From contig JAOPZY010000119.1 of the NCBI GenBank assembly GCA_025963875.1, positions 1 through 44,754 of the forward strand: a DNA stretch of 44,754 bases, read 5' to 3'. The stretch comes from Actinomycetota bacterium (GTDB taxonomy: Bacteria > Actinomycetota > CADDZG01 > JAHWKV01 > JAOPZY01). Under the pieces are notes generated by a model. It made no database searches, was not told the origin of the DNA, and worked only from the letters and a program-made list of their open reading frames with translations. The first letter of the stretch is position 1. The number at the start of each line of letters is the position of its first letter. The position numbers and the translations under genes are program-made. Of this stretch, positions 26,277-35,410 are shown in pieces.

Positions 26277-27479
26277 TCAGTCCAGGCGTTCGATGATCGT
26301 GGCGTTGGCCATGCCCCCACCTTCGCACATCGTCTGGAGTCCGTAGCGACCGCCGCGGCGCTCCAGCTCGTGCAGCAGGGTGGTCATGAGGCGGGCACCG
26401 GAGGCGCCGAGCGGGTGGCCGAGGGCGATGGCGCCCCCGTTGGGGTTCACACGCTCCTCGAACCAGGCGTCGTCGACGCCGAGGACCTTCTTCCACCCGA
26501 GCACGACCGAGGCGAAGGCCTCGTTGATCTCGACGACGTCGATGTCGGCCTGGAGGTCGAGGCCCCCCCGCTCGAGTGCCTTGCGGGTGGCGGGGATCGG
26601 CCCGGCCAGCATCCGGACGGGGTCGCCGCCGGCGAGGGCGAAGGAGTGGAAGCGTGCCCGGGGCCGCAGACCCAGTGCCTCCGCCTTCTCCCGGCTCATG
26701 ATCAGGAGGGCCGCGGCGCCGTCGGTGATCTGCGAGGAGTTGCCGGCAGTCACCACCCAGCGGATCTCGGGGAACTGCTTGCCGACCTCCTCGTTGAAGA
26801 ACGGCGGGAGCAGGCTGGCCATCTTGGCCCGGTCGGAGGGGTACCGGATGCCCTGGTCCGTCTCGAAGAGCTCACTGCCCTCGGCTCCCTCGATCTTGAC
26901 CGGGAAGATCTCCTTGCGGAACCGGCCCTCGGCCGTCGCCTGCCCGGCGAGGGTGTGGGAGCGGTAACCGAAATCGTCCAGCTCCTCCCGGCTCAGGTCC
27001 CAGTCGGCGGCGAGGAGCTCGGCCGAGATCCCCTGCGGGACGAGGTTGCCGTCGTAGCGCGCCAGCAGCTGCGGGGTGAAGGGGAAGCCGCCCGTCATGG
27101 CGGAGCCCATGGGCACCCGGGTCATGTGCTCGATCCCGCAGGCGATCACGGCGTCGTAGGCCCCGGCGATCACGCCCTGGGCGGCGAAGTGGGCGGCCTG
27201 CTGCGACGAGCCGCACTGGCGGTCGATGGTGGTGCCGGGGACCGTCTCGGGCAGGCCCGCAGCCAGCCAGGCGTTCCGGGCGATGTTGAGCGACTGCTCG
27301 CCCACCTGGGAGACGCAGCCAGCGATCACGTCGTCGATGGCGGCGGGGTCGATGCCGGACCGGCTCACCAGTTCGGAGAGGGTGGCGGCGAGGAGATCGG
27401 TGGGGTGCCAGTCGGAGAGCTTCCCTCCCCGCTTCCCCATGGGTGTCCTGACTGCCTCGACGATCACTGCTTCGGGCAT
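26277..27479 (-). CDS. Acetyl-CoA acyltransferase (thiolase)
   Basis: DRQCGSS, NEAFAS, GAIALGHPLGASG, MCEGGG. Confidence 0.95.
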   Translation of the reverse strand: MPEAVIVEAVRTPMGKRGGKLSDWHPTDLLAATLSELVSRSGIDPAAIDDVIAGCVSQVGEQSLNIARNAWLAAGLPETVPGTTIDRQCGSSQQAAHFAAQGVIAGAYDAVIACGIEHMTRVPMGSAMTGGFPFTPQLLARYDGNLVPQGISAELLAADWDLSREELDDFGYRSHTLAGQATAEGRFRKEIFPVKIEGAEGSELFETDQGIRYPSDRAKMASLLPPFFNEEVGKQFPEIRWVVTAGNSSQITDGAAALLIMSREKAEALGLRPRARFHSFALAGGDPVRMLAGPIPATRKALERGGLDLQADIDVVEINEAFASVVLGWKKVLGVDDAWFEERVNPNGGAIALGHPLGASGARLMTTLLHELERRGGRYGLQTMCEGGGMANATIIERLD

Positions 27480-27535
27480 TGCCGTCCACCTTCCTTTCGA
27501 TCGGGCCGCCTGGGCCCCCCATTTGTATGTACTTC

Positions 27536-27607
27536 ACCATCCAATTTACACTGTGTACCAGGGGAGACACGGGCAGAGCCTCTCTGTCGTCTACCATCCA
27601 AATTTAC
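27536..27607. promoter_or_regulatory. Direct repeat ACCATCCAA(A)TTTAC x2 in the thiolase/SCP2 divergent region
   Basis: Copies at 27536-27549 and 27593-27607. Confidence 0.55.
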
Positions 27608-27647
27608 GCTGTCGCCAGACTACGAGCCGAAGAAGGAGAGAATTGCC

Positions 27648-28037
27648 ATGGCTGTGAAGTACCTGTCGGAGGACTGGGCGAAAGAGGTCACGAGCCTCTT
27701 CAGGCAGTCCGAGCCGCTGACCAAGGCCATCAAGGGCCAGAATTTCGCCATCCAGCAGGTGGTCACCGACGTGCCGGACCGGGGAGAGGTCAAGTACTTC
27801 GCCCGCTCGGCCGAGGGGGTCCCGGAGATCGCCCTGGGCGAGGCGGAGAACCCCGACGCCACGATCACCCAGACCTACGACATCGCCGTTGCCCTCGACA
27901 AGCAGGAGCTCAACCCCCAGGCCGCCTTCATGCAGGGCAAGATCAAGATCACGGGCAACCTCATGAAGCTCATGCAGCTGCAGGGCTTCGTCTCCCAGCT
28001 CGGCCCCGCGGTGGCCAGCCTCGAGCGCGAGTACTAA
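27648..28037 (+). CDS. SCP2 sterol/lipid-binding domain protein
   Basis: YLSEDW, PDATIT, LNPQAAFMQGKIKITGNLMKLM; AAGGAG SD. Confidence 0.9.
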   Translation: MAVKYLSEDWAKEVTSLFRQSEPLTKAIKGQNFAIQQVVTDVPDRGEVKYFARSAEGVPEIALGEAENPDATITQTYDIAVALDKQELNPQAAFMQGKIKITGNLMKLMQLQGFVSQLGPAVASLEREY

Positions 28038-28068
28038 GCAGGAGGTTCGGGAGCGGGTCTGGCAGGCG

Positions 28069-28788
28069 TTGCGCGACGCCGGGGTCGCCCGCTTCCCCGG
28101 CGCCCGCGGGCGCATCCCCAATTTCACCGGCGCCGAGGAAGCCGCCCGGCGGCTTTGTGGAACCCCCGATTGGGAGCGCGCCGGGGTCCTGAAGGCCAAC
28201 CCCGACCTCCCGCAGCTCCCGGTGCGTGCCGCCGCCCTGTCGCAGGGCAAGGTGGTCTACGTCGCGGTGCCGCGCCTGGCCGCCGATCTTCCGTTCCTCG
28301 CTCTCGACCCCGACCGCCTCACGGCAAGCCCCCGCAGGGCTGCGTCCATCAAGGGCGCCTCGTCGGAGGGCGTCCCCATCGCCTTCGATGCGATGGCCCC
28401 GATCGACCTGATCGTGTGCGGATCGGTCGCCGTCAACCGCAAGGGGGTCCGGATCGGCAAGGGTGGAGGCTACTCGGATCTCGAGTTCGCCCTGCCGAGG
28501 GAGGCGGGGGTGATCGGCGACTGGACGACCGTGGCCACGACCGTCCATGGCGTCCAGGTCCTCGACGAGGACCTGCCCGAAACCCCGCACGACTTCCGGG
28601 TGGACCTGATCGTCACGCCCGAGGAGATCATTCGTAGTGTACGGAAGCGGGGCGAGCGGGGCCTGCGCGGTCCCGCCGGGATCCTGTGGGCCGACCTGGA
28701 CAAAACGAAGATAGCCGCCATACCGGAACTCCACCGGCGGGAAAAGTTGCGCCCGGACCGAGGAAATTTGCCTGATTTACACGATTGA
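28069..28788 (+). CDS. 5-formyltetrahydrofolate cyclo-ligase-like protein (MTHFSD type)
   Basis: GRIPNF.GA..AA..L, KANPD.PQ, GSVAV...G.RIGKGGGYSDLE, PHD..VD.IVTP; true start unclear. Confidence 0.88.
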   Translation: MRDAGVARFPGARGRIPNFTGAEEAARRLCGTPDWERAGVLKANPDLPQLPVRAAALSQGKVVYVAVPRLAADLPFLALDPDRLTASPRRAASIKGASSEGVPIAFDAMAPIDLIVCGSVAVNRKGVRIGKGGGYSDLEFALPREAGVIGDWTTVATTVHGVQVLDEDLPETPHDFRVDLIVTPEEIIRSVRKRGERGLRGPAGILWADLDKTKIAAIPELHRREKLRPDRGNLPDLHD

Positions 28789-28936
28789 CGATTTGTGTTC
28801 GTGCGCGGTGGCACGTTAAATAACAGAGTGTGTCGGGCTGGTGTCTTCTCTGTAGAACACTTCCAGCAGATGGAAGGTCCCTTCACACGAGAGCGGGAGT
28901 CTCGCCAGGTGCCTCGCGCGTCCTCTCTGGCGGACC

Positions 28937-30319
28937 ATGACTGAGCGAACCCTGGTCCAGGCGGCCCAATCGGGCCGGCCAGAAGCCACGGATGAACTGA
29001 TCGAGCGTTACTACCCGCGGGTCTACTCCTTCGTCTCCGCGCAGAAGCCGGCCGCCGATGCGGAGGATCTCACCCAGGAGGTGTTCGCCCGGGCGCTGCG
29101 GGCCCTGCCCCGGTTCAACGGCGAGTACCAGTTCGGCGCCTGGCTGCTGCAGATCGCACGCAACGTCTGCATCGACGAGGCCCGCCGCTCCACCCGCCGG
29201 CCGCAGCCGACCGATCCCGTCGACCTGGTCGAGCTCGAGACCACGGCCCAGCCCGACCACGTCTGGGAGTCGGTGTCGGCCCAGATCGCCGTCACGACGG
29301 TCCACAAGGCGCTGGCACGCCTCCCGAAGCGCCAGCGCACGGTCCTGGTACTGCGCGAGCTCGAGGGGATGTCGTACGCCGACATCGCCATCGCGCAGCG
29401 CATCAGCACCCGCGCGGTCGAGATCTCGCTGTCGCGTGCGCGCAAGCGCATGCGGACCGAGCTTGCCAGCCTGGACCTTGCCGAGGAGGAGCTGGCCGAG
29501 TGCCGGCGCATGGCCGGCATCCTCGCCACGGACCCGGCGGCGATGTCGCGGGAGGACGTCGCCAGCCACGTGCGCACGTGCCGGCTGTGCCAGACGATGG
29601 CGCGCCGGCGCCCGCGCCCGGTGATGCGGGCCGTCCTCGGCTTCCTCGGTGCCTCGCCGGCCCACCTCGCCACGCTCGCGCGCCGTCAGCTCGCCACGGG
29701 CCATCGCCTCGCACAGGCCCTCACCTCCGCACCGGGGACCGCGACCCTCTCACCGCTGTCCCGCCTCGCCGAGATGGGCGCATCCGTCGCCATGGCGACG
29801 GCCGTGTCTGCCGGAGCCTTCACCAGCCCGCCGCCCACGGCGCCCGCGCTGGCGGTGCCCGCCGCCGTGCCGATCGTCGCCACCCCGGTGGACCCGGCCG
29901 AGACGGTTGCGGCGGCGATGCCACCGGTGGCCGGCGGGGACCAGCCCGCAGGCGGCCCCACCGCGCCGGCGCCCGCTGCAGCCCCTCCGGCGCTGCCGAT
30001 CGTGAGCGCGTTGCCCTGTACCCTCGGCAATCTCAGCAAGGTGCTCCAGCCGTCGGCGACGCCCGCAGTTGCCACCCCGACGCCCGGCTCGGGCGCCCTG
30101 CTGTCCGAGCTGCTGAGCCCCCTGAACTCCGTGACGCCGATGCTGGCCTGCGATCCGACCCTGTCGCACCTCGGACAGACCATCCAGGCCCTTGCCGGCC
30201 AGAAGCCCCCAGTCGTGCACCCCCCGCCGCAGACCGGGGCCAGCCCCCCCGCCGGGCAGGGCTTCGACCTCTTCCGGTTGCTGCAGCAACTGCTCGGCCT
30301 CCCCTCCGCCACGCACTGA
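28937..30319 (+). CDS. ECF sigma factor fused to a ZAS (HxxxCxxC) motif and a Pro/Ala-rich tail
   Basis: AEDLTQEVF, FGAWLLQIARN..ID, LPKRQR.VLVLRELEGMSY.DIA, HVRTCRLC. Confidence 0.88.
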   Translation: MTERTLVQAAQSGRPEATDELIERYYPRVYSFVSAQKPAADAEDLTQEVFARALRALPRFNGEYQFGAWLLQIARNVCIDEARRSTRRPQPTDPVDLVELETTAQPDHVWESVSAQIAVTTVHKALARLPKRQRTVLVLRELEGMSYADIAIAQRISTRAVEISLSRARKRMRTELASLDLAEEELAECRRMAGILATDPAAMSREDVASHVRTCRLCQTMARRRPRPVMRAVLGFLGASPAHLATLARRQLATGHRLAQALTSAPGTATLSPLSRLAEMGASVAMATAVSAGAFTSPPPTAPALAVPAAVPIVATPVDPAETVAAAMPPVAGGDQPAGGPTAPAPAAAPPALPIVSALPCTLGNLSKVLQPSATPAVATPTPGSGALLSELLSPLNSVTPMLACDPTLSHLGQTIQALAGQKPPVVHPPPQTGASPPAGQGFDLFRLLQQLLGLPSATH

Positions 30320-30323
30320 CGAC

Positions 30324-30563
30324 TTGATCCTCATCAGCATCCTCAGCCTGCTCCTGGTAGGGCTGATCGTGGGGGCGGTCGCCCGGGTGCTCCTCCCCGG
30401 GCCGGACCCGCTCGGCATCGGTATGACGATCCTCCTGGGCCTCGCCGGGTCCTTCATCGGCTTCTTCCTGGGGTTCTTCATCCTCGGCCGTCCCGGCGGC
30501 TTCATCCTGTCCGTCCTGTCGTCGATGCTGCTCATCTACCTGATCCGCCGCTCGCGCCTGTAG
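30324..30563 (+). CDS. GlsB/YeaQ/YmgE (transglycosylase-associated) membrane protein
   Basis: VGLIVGAVARVLLPG.DP.G..MTILLG.AGSFIG; TTG start. Confidence 0.85.
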   Translation: MILISILSLLLVGLIVGAVARVLLPGPDPLGIGMTILLGLAGSFIGFFLGFFILGRPGGFILSVLSSMLLIYLIRRSRL

Positions 30564-30595
30564 AGTTGATCTGAAGCGACGGTAGGATCCGTCCG

Positions 30596-31735
30596 ATGCC
30601 AAGGCTGCGAATCCTCGTGACGGTGCTCGTGGCGGCCGCGTCGGGGAATTTGGTCGTGGGCTGTACCCCGTCGAAGCCGTCGGGGAGGCCTCCGTCGAAC
30701 CCGGCCCCGGCGGCCCCGCTGGCCGGCCCCCAGACCTTCTCGGTCTCGGTCGACGCCACGAGCGCCTCGATCCCGCTGGCGGCCGACCAGTACTTCCCCA
30801 ACGAGTTCCAGGTGCACCCCGGTGACACCATCAAGTTCAACGAGGTCTGGTCGGGAGAACCCCACACCGTCTCCCTCGGGTCTCTGGTGGACCAGGGCCC
30901 CACGTCCACCGCCCTTCCCACGTTCTTCCCCCGGCCAGGCCGGGGTAGCGATCCGATCCCGGCGGCAGCCCAGCCGTGCTTCCTCGACACCGGGGCCCCG
31001 CCGGCGACCGCCGCGTGCCCCAAGGCCGACCAGCCGGCCTTCAGCGGGGGCCAGGCGTTCTACAGCAGCGGGTGGCTCCCGCCGACGTCGACGTTCGCCG
31101 TGCCGCTGTCGCCCACGATCAACCCCGGCACCTACGCCTTCCGCTGCCTCGTGCACCCGAACATGACGGGTAAGATCCACGTCGTGCCTCCAGGCCAGAC
31201 CATTCCCGGCCCGGTGCAGGTGACCACCGCCGGCACCGCCCAGCTCGCTGCAGTGGTGACTGCGCTGGTCCCGGCGGCCCAGGACGCGGCGCTGGTGACG
31301 GCGACGAACGTGGCGGGGATCACCGCCGGCGGCGGGGTCACCACCACCCTGGCGACCACCTTCGGGCCCGCCGAGCTGGACGTCGCCGCCAGCCAGACCC
31401 TGGCGTTCAACGTCTACGGAACCCACGCCATCGCCGTCAACCCACCGGACTCGGCGCTGGGCCTGCTCACGCAGGGCTCGGACGGTGTCGTCCACGCCAA
31501 CAATCCGGCGATCCGCAGCCTCGGGGGCGAGCCGCCGCCCCTGGGCGTCCAGACCCGGGCGCGGACGGTCTTCGGCGGTTCCTACGACGGCTCGGGCTTC
31601 CACAACTCCGGCCTGCTCACGTCGCTGCCTCCGGGTCTTCTGACCTACACGCTGCAGTTCACGGCGCCGGGCACGTACTCGCTGCGCTGCCTCGTGCACC
31701 CGGCCATGACGGCGACGGTCAAGGTAAGCCCGTGA
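30596..31735 (+). CDS. Secreted/lipoprotein with two cupredoxin-like copper sites
   Basis: Lipobox-like VVGC; EPHTV...CLVHPNM and THAI...CLVHPAM. Confidence 0.78.
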   Translation: MPRLRILVTVLVAAASGNLVVGCTPSKPSGRPPSNPAPAAPLAGPQTFSVSVDATSASIPLAADQYFPNEFQVHPGDTIKFNEVWSGEPHTVSLGSLVDQGPTSTALPTFFPRPGRGSDPIPAAAQPCFLDTGAPPATAACPKADQPAFSGGQAFYSSGWLPPTSTFAVPLSPTINPGTYAFRCLVHPNMTGKIHVVPPGQTIPGPVQVTTAGTAQLAAVVTALVPAAQDAALVTATNVAGITAGGGVTTTLATTFGPAELDVAASQTLAFNVYGTHAIAVNPPDSALGLLTQGSDGVVHANNPAIRSLGGEPPPLGVQTRARTVFGGSYDGSGFHNSGLLTSLPPGLLTYTLQFTAPGTYSLRCLVHPAMTATVKVSP

Positions 31736-33729
31736 AAACCCCCGAGGCGCCCCTCAAGGCGCCGGATAAGAGGCAGGCGCCCTACGGGTCCTGGGCATCG
31801 CCGATCACGGCCGGCCTCGTCGCCTCGGGCGGGGTCCGCCTCGGCCAGGTGGCCTGGTCGGGCGACGACCTCTACTGGCTGGAGGGCAGGCCCGACGAGG
31901 GTGGGCGCAGCGTCGTGGTCCGGCGCTCGGCAAACGGCGACGTCGCCGACGTCATCCCCGAGGGATTCAACGCCCGCACGATGGTCCACGAGTACGGCGG
32001 CGGGAGCTACTGGGTGAGCGGGCCGACCGTCTTCTTCACCAACTTCGAGGACCAGCGCCTGTACCGGGTGGATCCTGGCGAGGTGCCCCGGGCGATCACG
32101 CCAGAGCCACTCGTCCCGCAGGGTGACCGCTATGCGGACGGCGTCGTCACGCCCGATGGGACGTGGGTCATCTGCGTGCGGGAGCGCCACGTGATCGGGC
32201 GGGAGGCCGTCAACGAGATCGTGGCCCTGCCAGCCGACGGCTCCGCTCTGCCGCGCGTCCTCGTCGGGGGCCTGGCCTTCTTCGCCTTCCCCCGCCTGAG
32301 CCCCGACGGGCGCCGGCTGGCCTGGACGAGCTGGGGCCACCCGCGTATGCCCTGGGACGGCACCGAGCTGTGGGTGGCCGAGGTGGCGGATGGCGCCCAG
32401 CTCCGAGGCCGCCGCCTGGTCGCCGGGGGTCCGGAGGAGTCGATCTTCCAGCCCTTGTTCAGCCCCTCCGGCCGGCTCCACTTCGTCTCGGACCGCAGCG
32501 GTTGGTGGAACCTGTACGTGGACCGGGACGGCACCGTGGAGCCCATCGCTCCCGTGGACGCCGAGCTGGGAGTGCCCCAGTGGGTCTTCGGCCTCTCGAC
32601 CTATGCGTTCGTTCCGTTTGTTCCGGCTGGGCCCGACGGCACCATCGTCTGCCTGCTCGGCGGGTCCGGCGGCACGCGGTTGAGCCGGGTCACCCCGGAG
32701 GGAGGCTACGAGGACCTCGGGCTGCCCTACCGCTCCTTCTCGCCGGCGAGCCTCGTGTCCTCGGGGTCCCGCCTCGCCTTCATCGGGGCGAGCCCGGTCC
32801 AGGCGGCGGCCGTGGTGGTGTTCGATACCGGGACCAGGACCCAAGAGGTCGTCCGGCGCAGCCTCAGCGAGGAGGTCGACCCCGCCTTCGTGTCCGTGGC
32901 CGAGCCGATCGAGTTCCCGAGCACCCTGGACGGCGAGCCGGTAACCGCCCACGCCTTGTTCTACAAGCCGATCAACCCCGGCTTTTCGGCCCCCGAGGGG
33001 GAGCGGCCACCGCTGGTGGTGTTCTCCCACGGCGGCCCGACCTCCGCCACCACCTCGGCCCTCAGCCTCGAGATCCAGTTCTGGACCAGCCGCGGGTTCG
33101 GCGTCGTGGACGTCAACTACGGCGGGAGCACCGGGTACGGCAGGCAGTACCGGGAGCGACTGAAGGGCAGGTGGGGCATCCTCGACGTCGACGACTGCAT
33201 GGCGGCAGCCAGGTTCCTCGTCGACCGGGGCGATGCCGATGCGGCCCGCCTGGCGATCCGCGGCGGCAGCGCCGGCGGCTACACGACGCTGTGCGCCCTC
33301 ACCTTCCAGGACCTGTTCGCAGCGGGGGCCAGCTACTACGGGGTCGCCGACGCGGAGGCGCTCGCCAAGGACACCCACAAGTTCGAGTCCCGGTACCTGG
33401 ACTCGCTGATCGGGGAGTATCCGAAGGAGGCGGCGCTCTACCGGGAGCGCTCACCCATCCACTACACCGACCGCCTCTCCTGCCCCATGCTCATCCTCCA
33501 GGGCCTGGAGGACAAGGTGGTGCCCCCGTCGCAGGCGGAGGCAATGGTGGAGGCCCTGCGAGCCAAGGGCCTGCCGTTCGCCTACCTCGCCTACGAGGGC
33601 GAGCAGCACGGATTCCGGAAGGCGGAGAACATCCGTCGCTCGCTGGAGGCCGAGCTGTACTTCTACGCCAAGGTCTTCGGCTTCCAGCACGCCGACGACA
33701 TCGAGCCGGTGGAGATCGAGAACTTGTAG
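31732..33729 (+). CDS. S9 family (prolyl oligopeptidase-like) peptidase
   Basis: PYGSWASPI, HGGPT, YGGSTGYGR, GGSAGG, DKVVPP, EQHGFRK. Confidence 0.95.
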   Translation: MKTPEAPLKAPDKRQAPYGSWASPITAGLVASGGVRLGQVAWSGDDLYWLEGRPDEGGRSVVVRRSANGDVADVIPEGFNARTMVHEYGGGSYWVSGPTVFFTNFEDQRLYRVDPGEVPRAITPEPLVPQGDRYADGVVTPDGTWVICVRERHVIGREAVNEIVALPADGSALPRVLVGGLAFFAFPRLSPDGRRLAWTSWGHPRMPWDGTELWVAEVADGAQLRGRRLVAGGPEESIFQPLFSPSGRLHFVSDRSGWWNLYVDRDGTVEPIAPVDAELGVPQWVFGLSTYAFVPFVPAGPDGTIVCLLGGSGGTRLSRVTPEGGYEDLGLPYRSFSPASLVSSGSRLAFIGASPVQAAAVVVFDTGTRTQEVVRRSLSEEVDPAFVSVAEPIEFPSTLDGEPVTAHALFYKPINPGFSAPEGERPPLVVFSHGGPTSATTSALSLEIQFWTSRGFGVVDVNYGGSTGYGRQYRERLKGRWGILDVDDCMAAARFLVDRGDADAARLAIRGGSAGGYTTLCALTFQDLFAAGASYYGVADAEALAKDTHKFESRYLDSLIGEYPKEAALYRERSPIHYTDRLSCPMLILQGLEDKVVPPSQAEAMVEALRAKGLPFAYLAYEGEQHGFRKAENIRRSLEAELYFYAKVFGFQHADDIEPVEIENL

Positions 33730-33780
33730 GAAATACCAGAAGCCTTTACTTCCCGGGGGGTTTCGACAACAATCCTGGGC

Positions 33781-34284
33781 ATGGGCGGCCTGATCGCGCA
33801 GTACAACTCCAACACGTCGTCCGGCATGGGTGCCGGAGTTGGCATCCTCTTCTTCCTGTTCATCGTTGCGGTGTACGTCTTCTACGGCTATTCCCTGGGA
33901 GTCATCTTCCGGAAAGCCGGCCACCCTCTCTGGGCAGGGTTTGTCCCCCTTTACAACACGTACATCATGCTGAAGATCATCGGACGCCCGGGCTGGTGGC
34001 TCATCCTGTTCTTCATCCCCATCGTCAACTTCATCATCGGCATCATCGTGTACCTCGACCTGGCGCGGTCGTTCGGCAAGGGGGCTGGCTACGGGCTGGC
34101 GCTGTTCTTCCTCTCGTTCATCTTCATCCCCATCCTGGCCTTCAGCGACGCCCAGTACCTCGGCCCCGTGACGGCGCCCGGTGGTCCTCCATCGGGGTAC
34201 CCGCCGCCCGCCTACCCGCCATCCGGGTACCCGCCATCCGGGTACCCGCCGCCGCCCGGTGGCCAGTGGGATGCCCCCAAGTAG
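33781..34284 (+). CDS. DUF5684-like membrane protein with YPP-repeat tail
   Basis: IFRKAG..W...VP.YN.Y....I.GRPGWW...FIPIVN, LARSFGK. Confidence 0.82.
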   Translation: MGGLIAQYNSNTSSGMGAGVGILFFLFIVAVYVFYGYSLGVIFRKAGHPLWAGFVPLYNTYIMLKIIGRPGWWLILFFIPIVNFIIGIIVYLDLARSFGKGAGYGLALFFLSFIFIPILAFSDAQYLGPVTAPGGPPSGYPPPAYPPSGYPPSGYPPPPGGQWDAPK

Positions 34285-34385
34285 GTAGCTAGGCAGTTCC
34301 CCCCGTGCGGTTGTCTACGCAGTTCGGATGGGTGTTTTCGCGTGCCCCCTGTGCCGATACTGGGAACATCGAGAGGGGCAGGCAC

Positions 34386-34556
34386 ATGGACACCTACGGA
34401 TTCGTCAGCGTCATCGGCTTGGCGGGGGTCGGACTGCTCGCCTACCGCGCCTACATGGAGCGTGCTGCCCACGACCGGGCCAAAGTCCCCCCGCCCGAGC
34501 CTGTACCTGCCGAACCCGCCACACCGCGGGGTCGCCGCCGGAGGCGCCGCAGCTAA
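34386..34556 (+). CDS. 56-aa small membrane protein with Arg-rich C-terminus
   Basis: GAGAGGGG SD, ATG 34386, one hydrophobic helix, ends RGRRRRRRS. Confidence 0.55.
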   Translation: MDTYGFVSVIGLAGVGLLAYRAYMERAAHDRAKVPPPEPVPAEPATPRGRRRRRRS

Positions 34557-34567
34557 GCTCACCTCTT

Positions 34568-35392
34568 GTGAATCCAGGTGCCGCCGATCCGTTCATCGCC
34601 GTCGAGGGCTGGGACGAGGCCACGGCGCAGCAGTGGGCGGAGGTCCTGGAGCTTCGGGCGACCAACCCCAGCCAGATCCAGCTCCGAGCCGATCTCATCG
34701 CCGCGGCCTGGCTCAAGCCCGGCGACACCGTCGTCGAGGTGGGCTGTGGGACCGGCATCACACTCGTCGACCTGACCGTTGCCGTCGGTCCCGGTGGCCG
34801 AACCCTCGGCTTCGAGCCGCAGCCGCTGTTCGCCGAGCTCGCCCGGCGGCGTCTGGGGGAGCGAGGACTCGAGCGTGCGTCGGTCGAGATCGGTACGGCC
34901 GAGGCGATCCCCCTCGGCGATGCGACCGTGGACGCCGCCGTGGCCCAGACCGTCCTCGTCCACGTTCCCGGGGCCGCAGCGGCGCTGGCGGAGATGTGCC
35001 GGGTTGTCCGCCCGGGGGGCAGGGTGGCGAGCATCGACCAGGACGGCGACGCCCTCGTCATCGACCACCCCGACAAGGCGCTGACCCGTCGCCTCGTCGT
35101 CTTCAGCAGCGACCAGCGCTTCGCCGACGGGTGGACTGGCCGCCGGCTCCCGAGAATGTTCCGCACCGCCGGGCTGGGCGACGTCACCGTCACGATGCGA
35201 TGCCACCTGGAGACCGAGCCGGGGAACTTCCTGCACGTGATGGCCCTTCGCCTCGCCGAGAACGCCCTCGAGGCGGGCGTGATCACCGAGGCGGAGTGGC
35301 GAAGCTGGACCGCCGGCCTGGCCGAGCTGGCGGAGAGCGGATCCTTCTTCGCCAGCTCCAACTACTACGTGTGCTCGGGCCTGAAAACCTGA
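34568..35392 (+). CDS. Class I SAM-dependent methyltransferase
   Basis: VVEVGCGTG motif I, AEAIPL, VLVHV, RVVRPGG; GTG start. Confidence 0.9.
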   Translation: MNPGAADPFIAVEGWDEATAQQWAEVLELRATNPSQIQLRADLIAAAWLKPGDTVVEVGCGTGITLVDLTVAVGPGGRTLGFEPQPLFAELARRRLGERGLERASVEIGTAEAIPLGDATVDAAVAQTVLVHVPGAAAALAEMCRVVRPGGRVASIDQDGDALVIDHPDKALTRRLVVFSSDQRFADGWTGRRLPRMFRTAGLGDVTVTMRCHLETEPGNFLHVMALRLAENALEAGVITEAEWRSWTAGLAELAESGSFFASSNYYVCSGLKT

Positions 35393-35410
35393 CACGTGCC
35401 CGCCAGGCCC

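Noticed and set aside
34186..34260. Short tandem DNA repeats
   Set aside because: Encode the YPPSG tail of the DUF5684-like protein; not a CRISPR array
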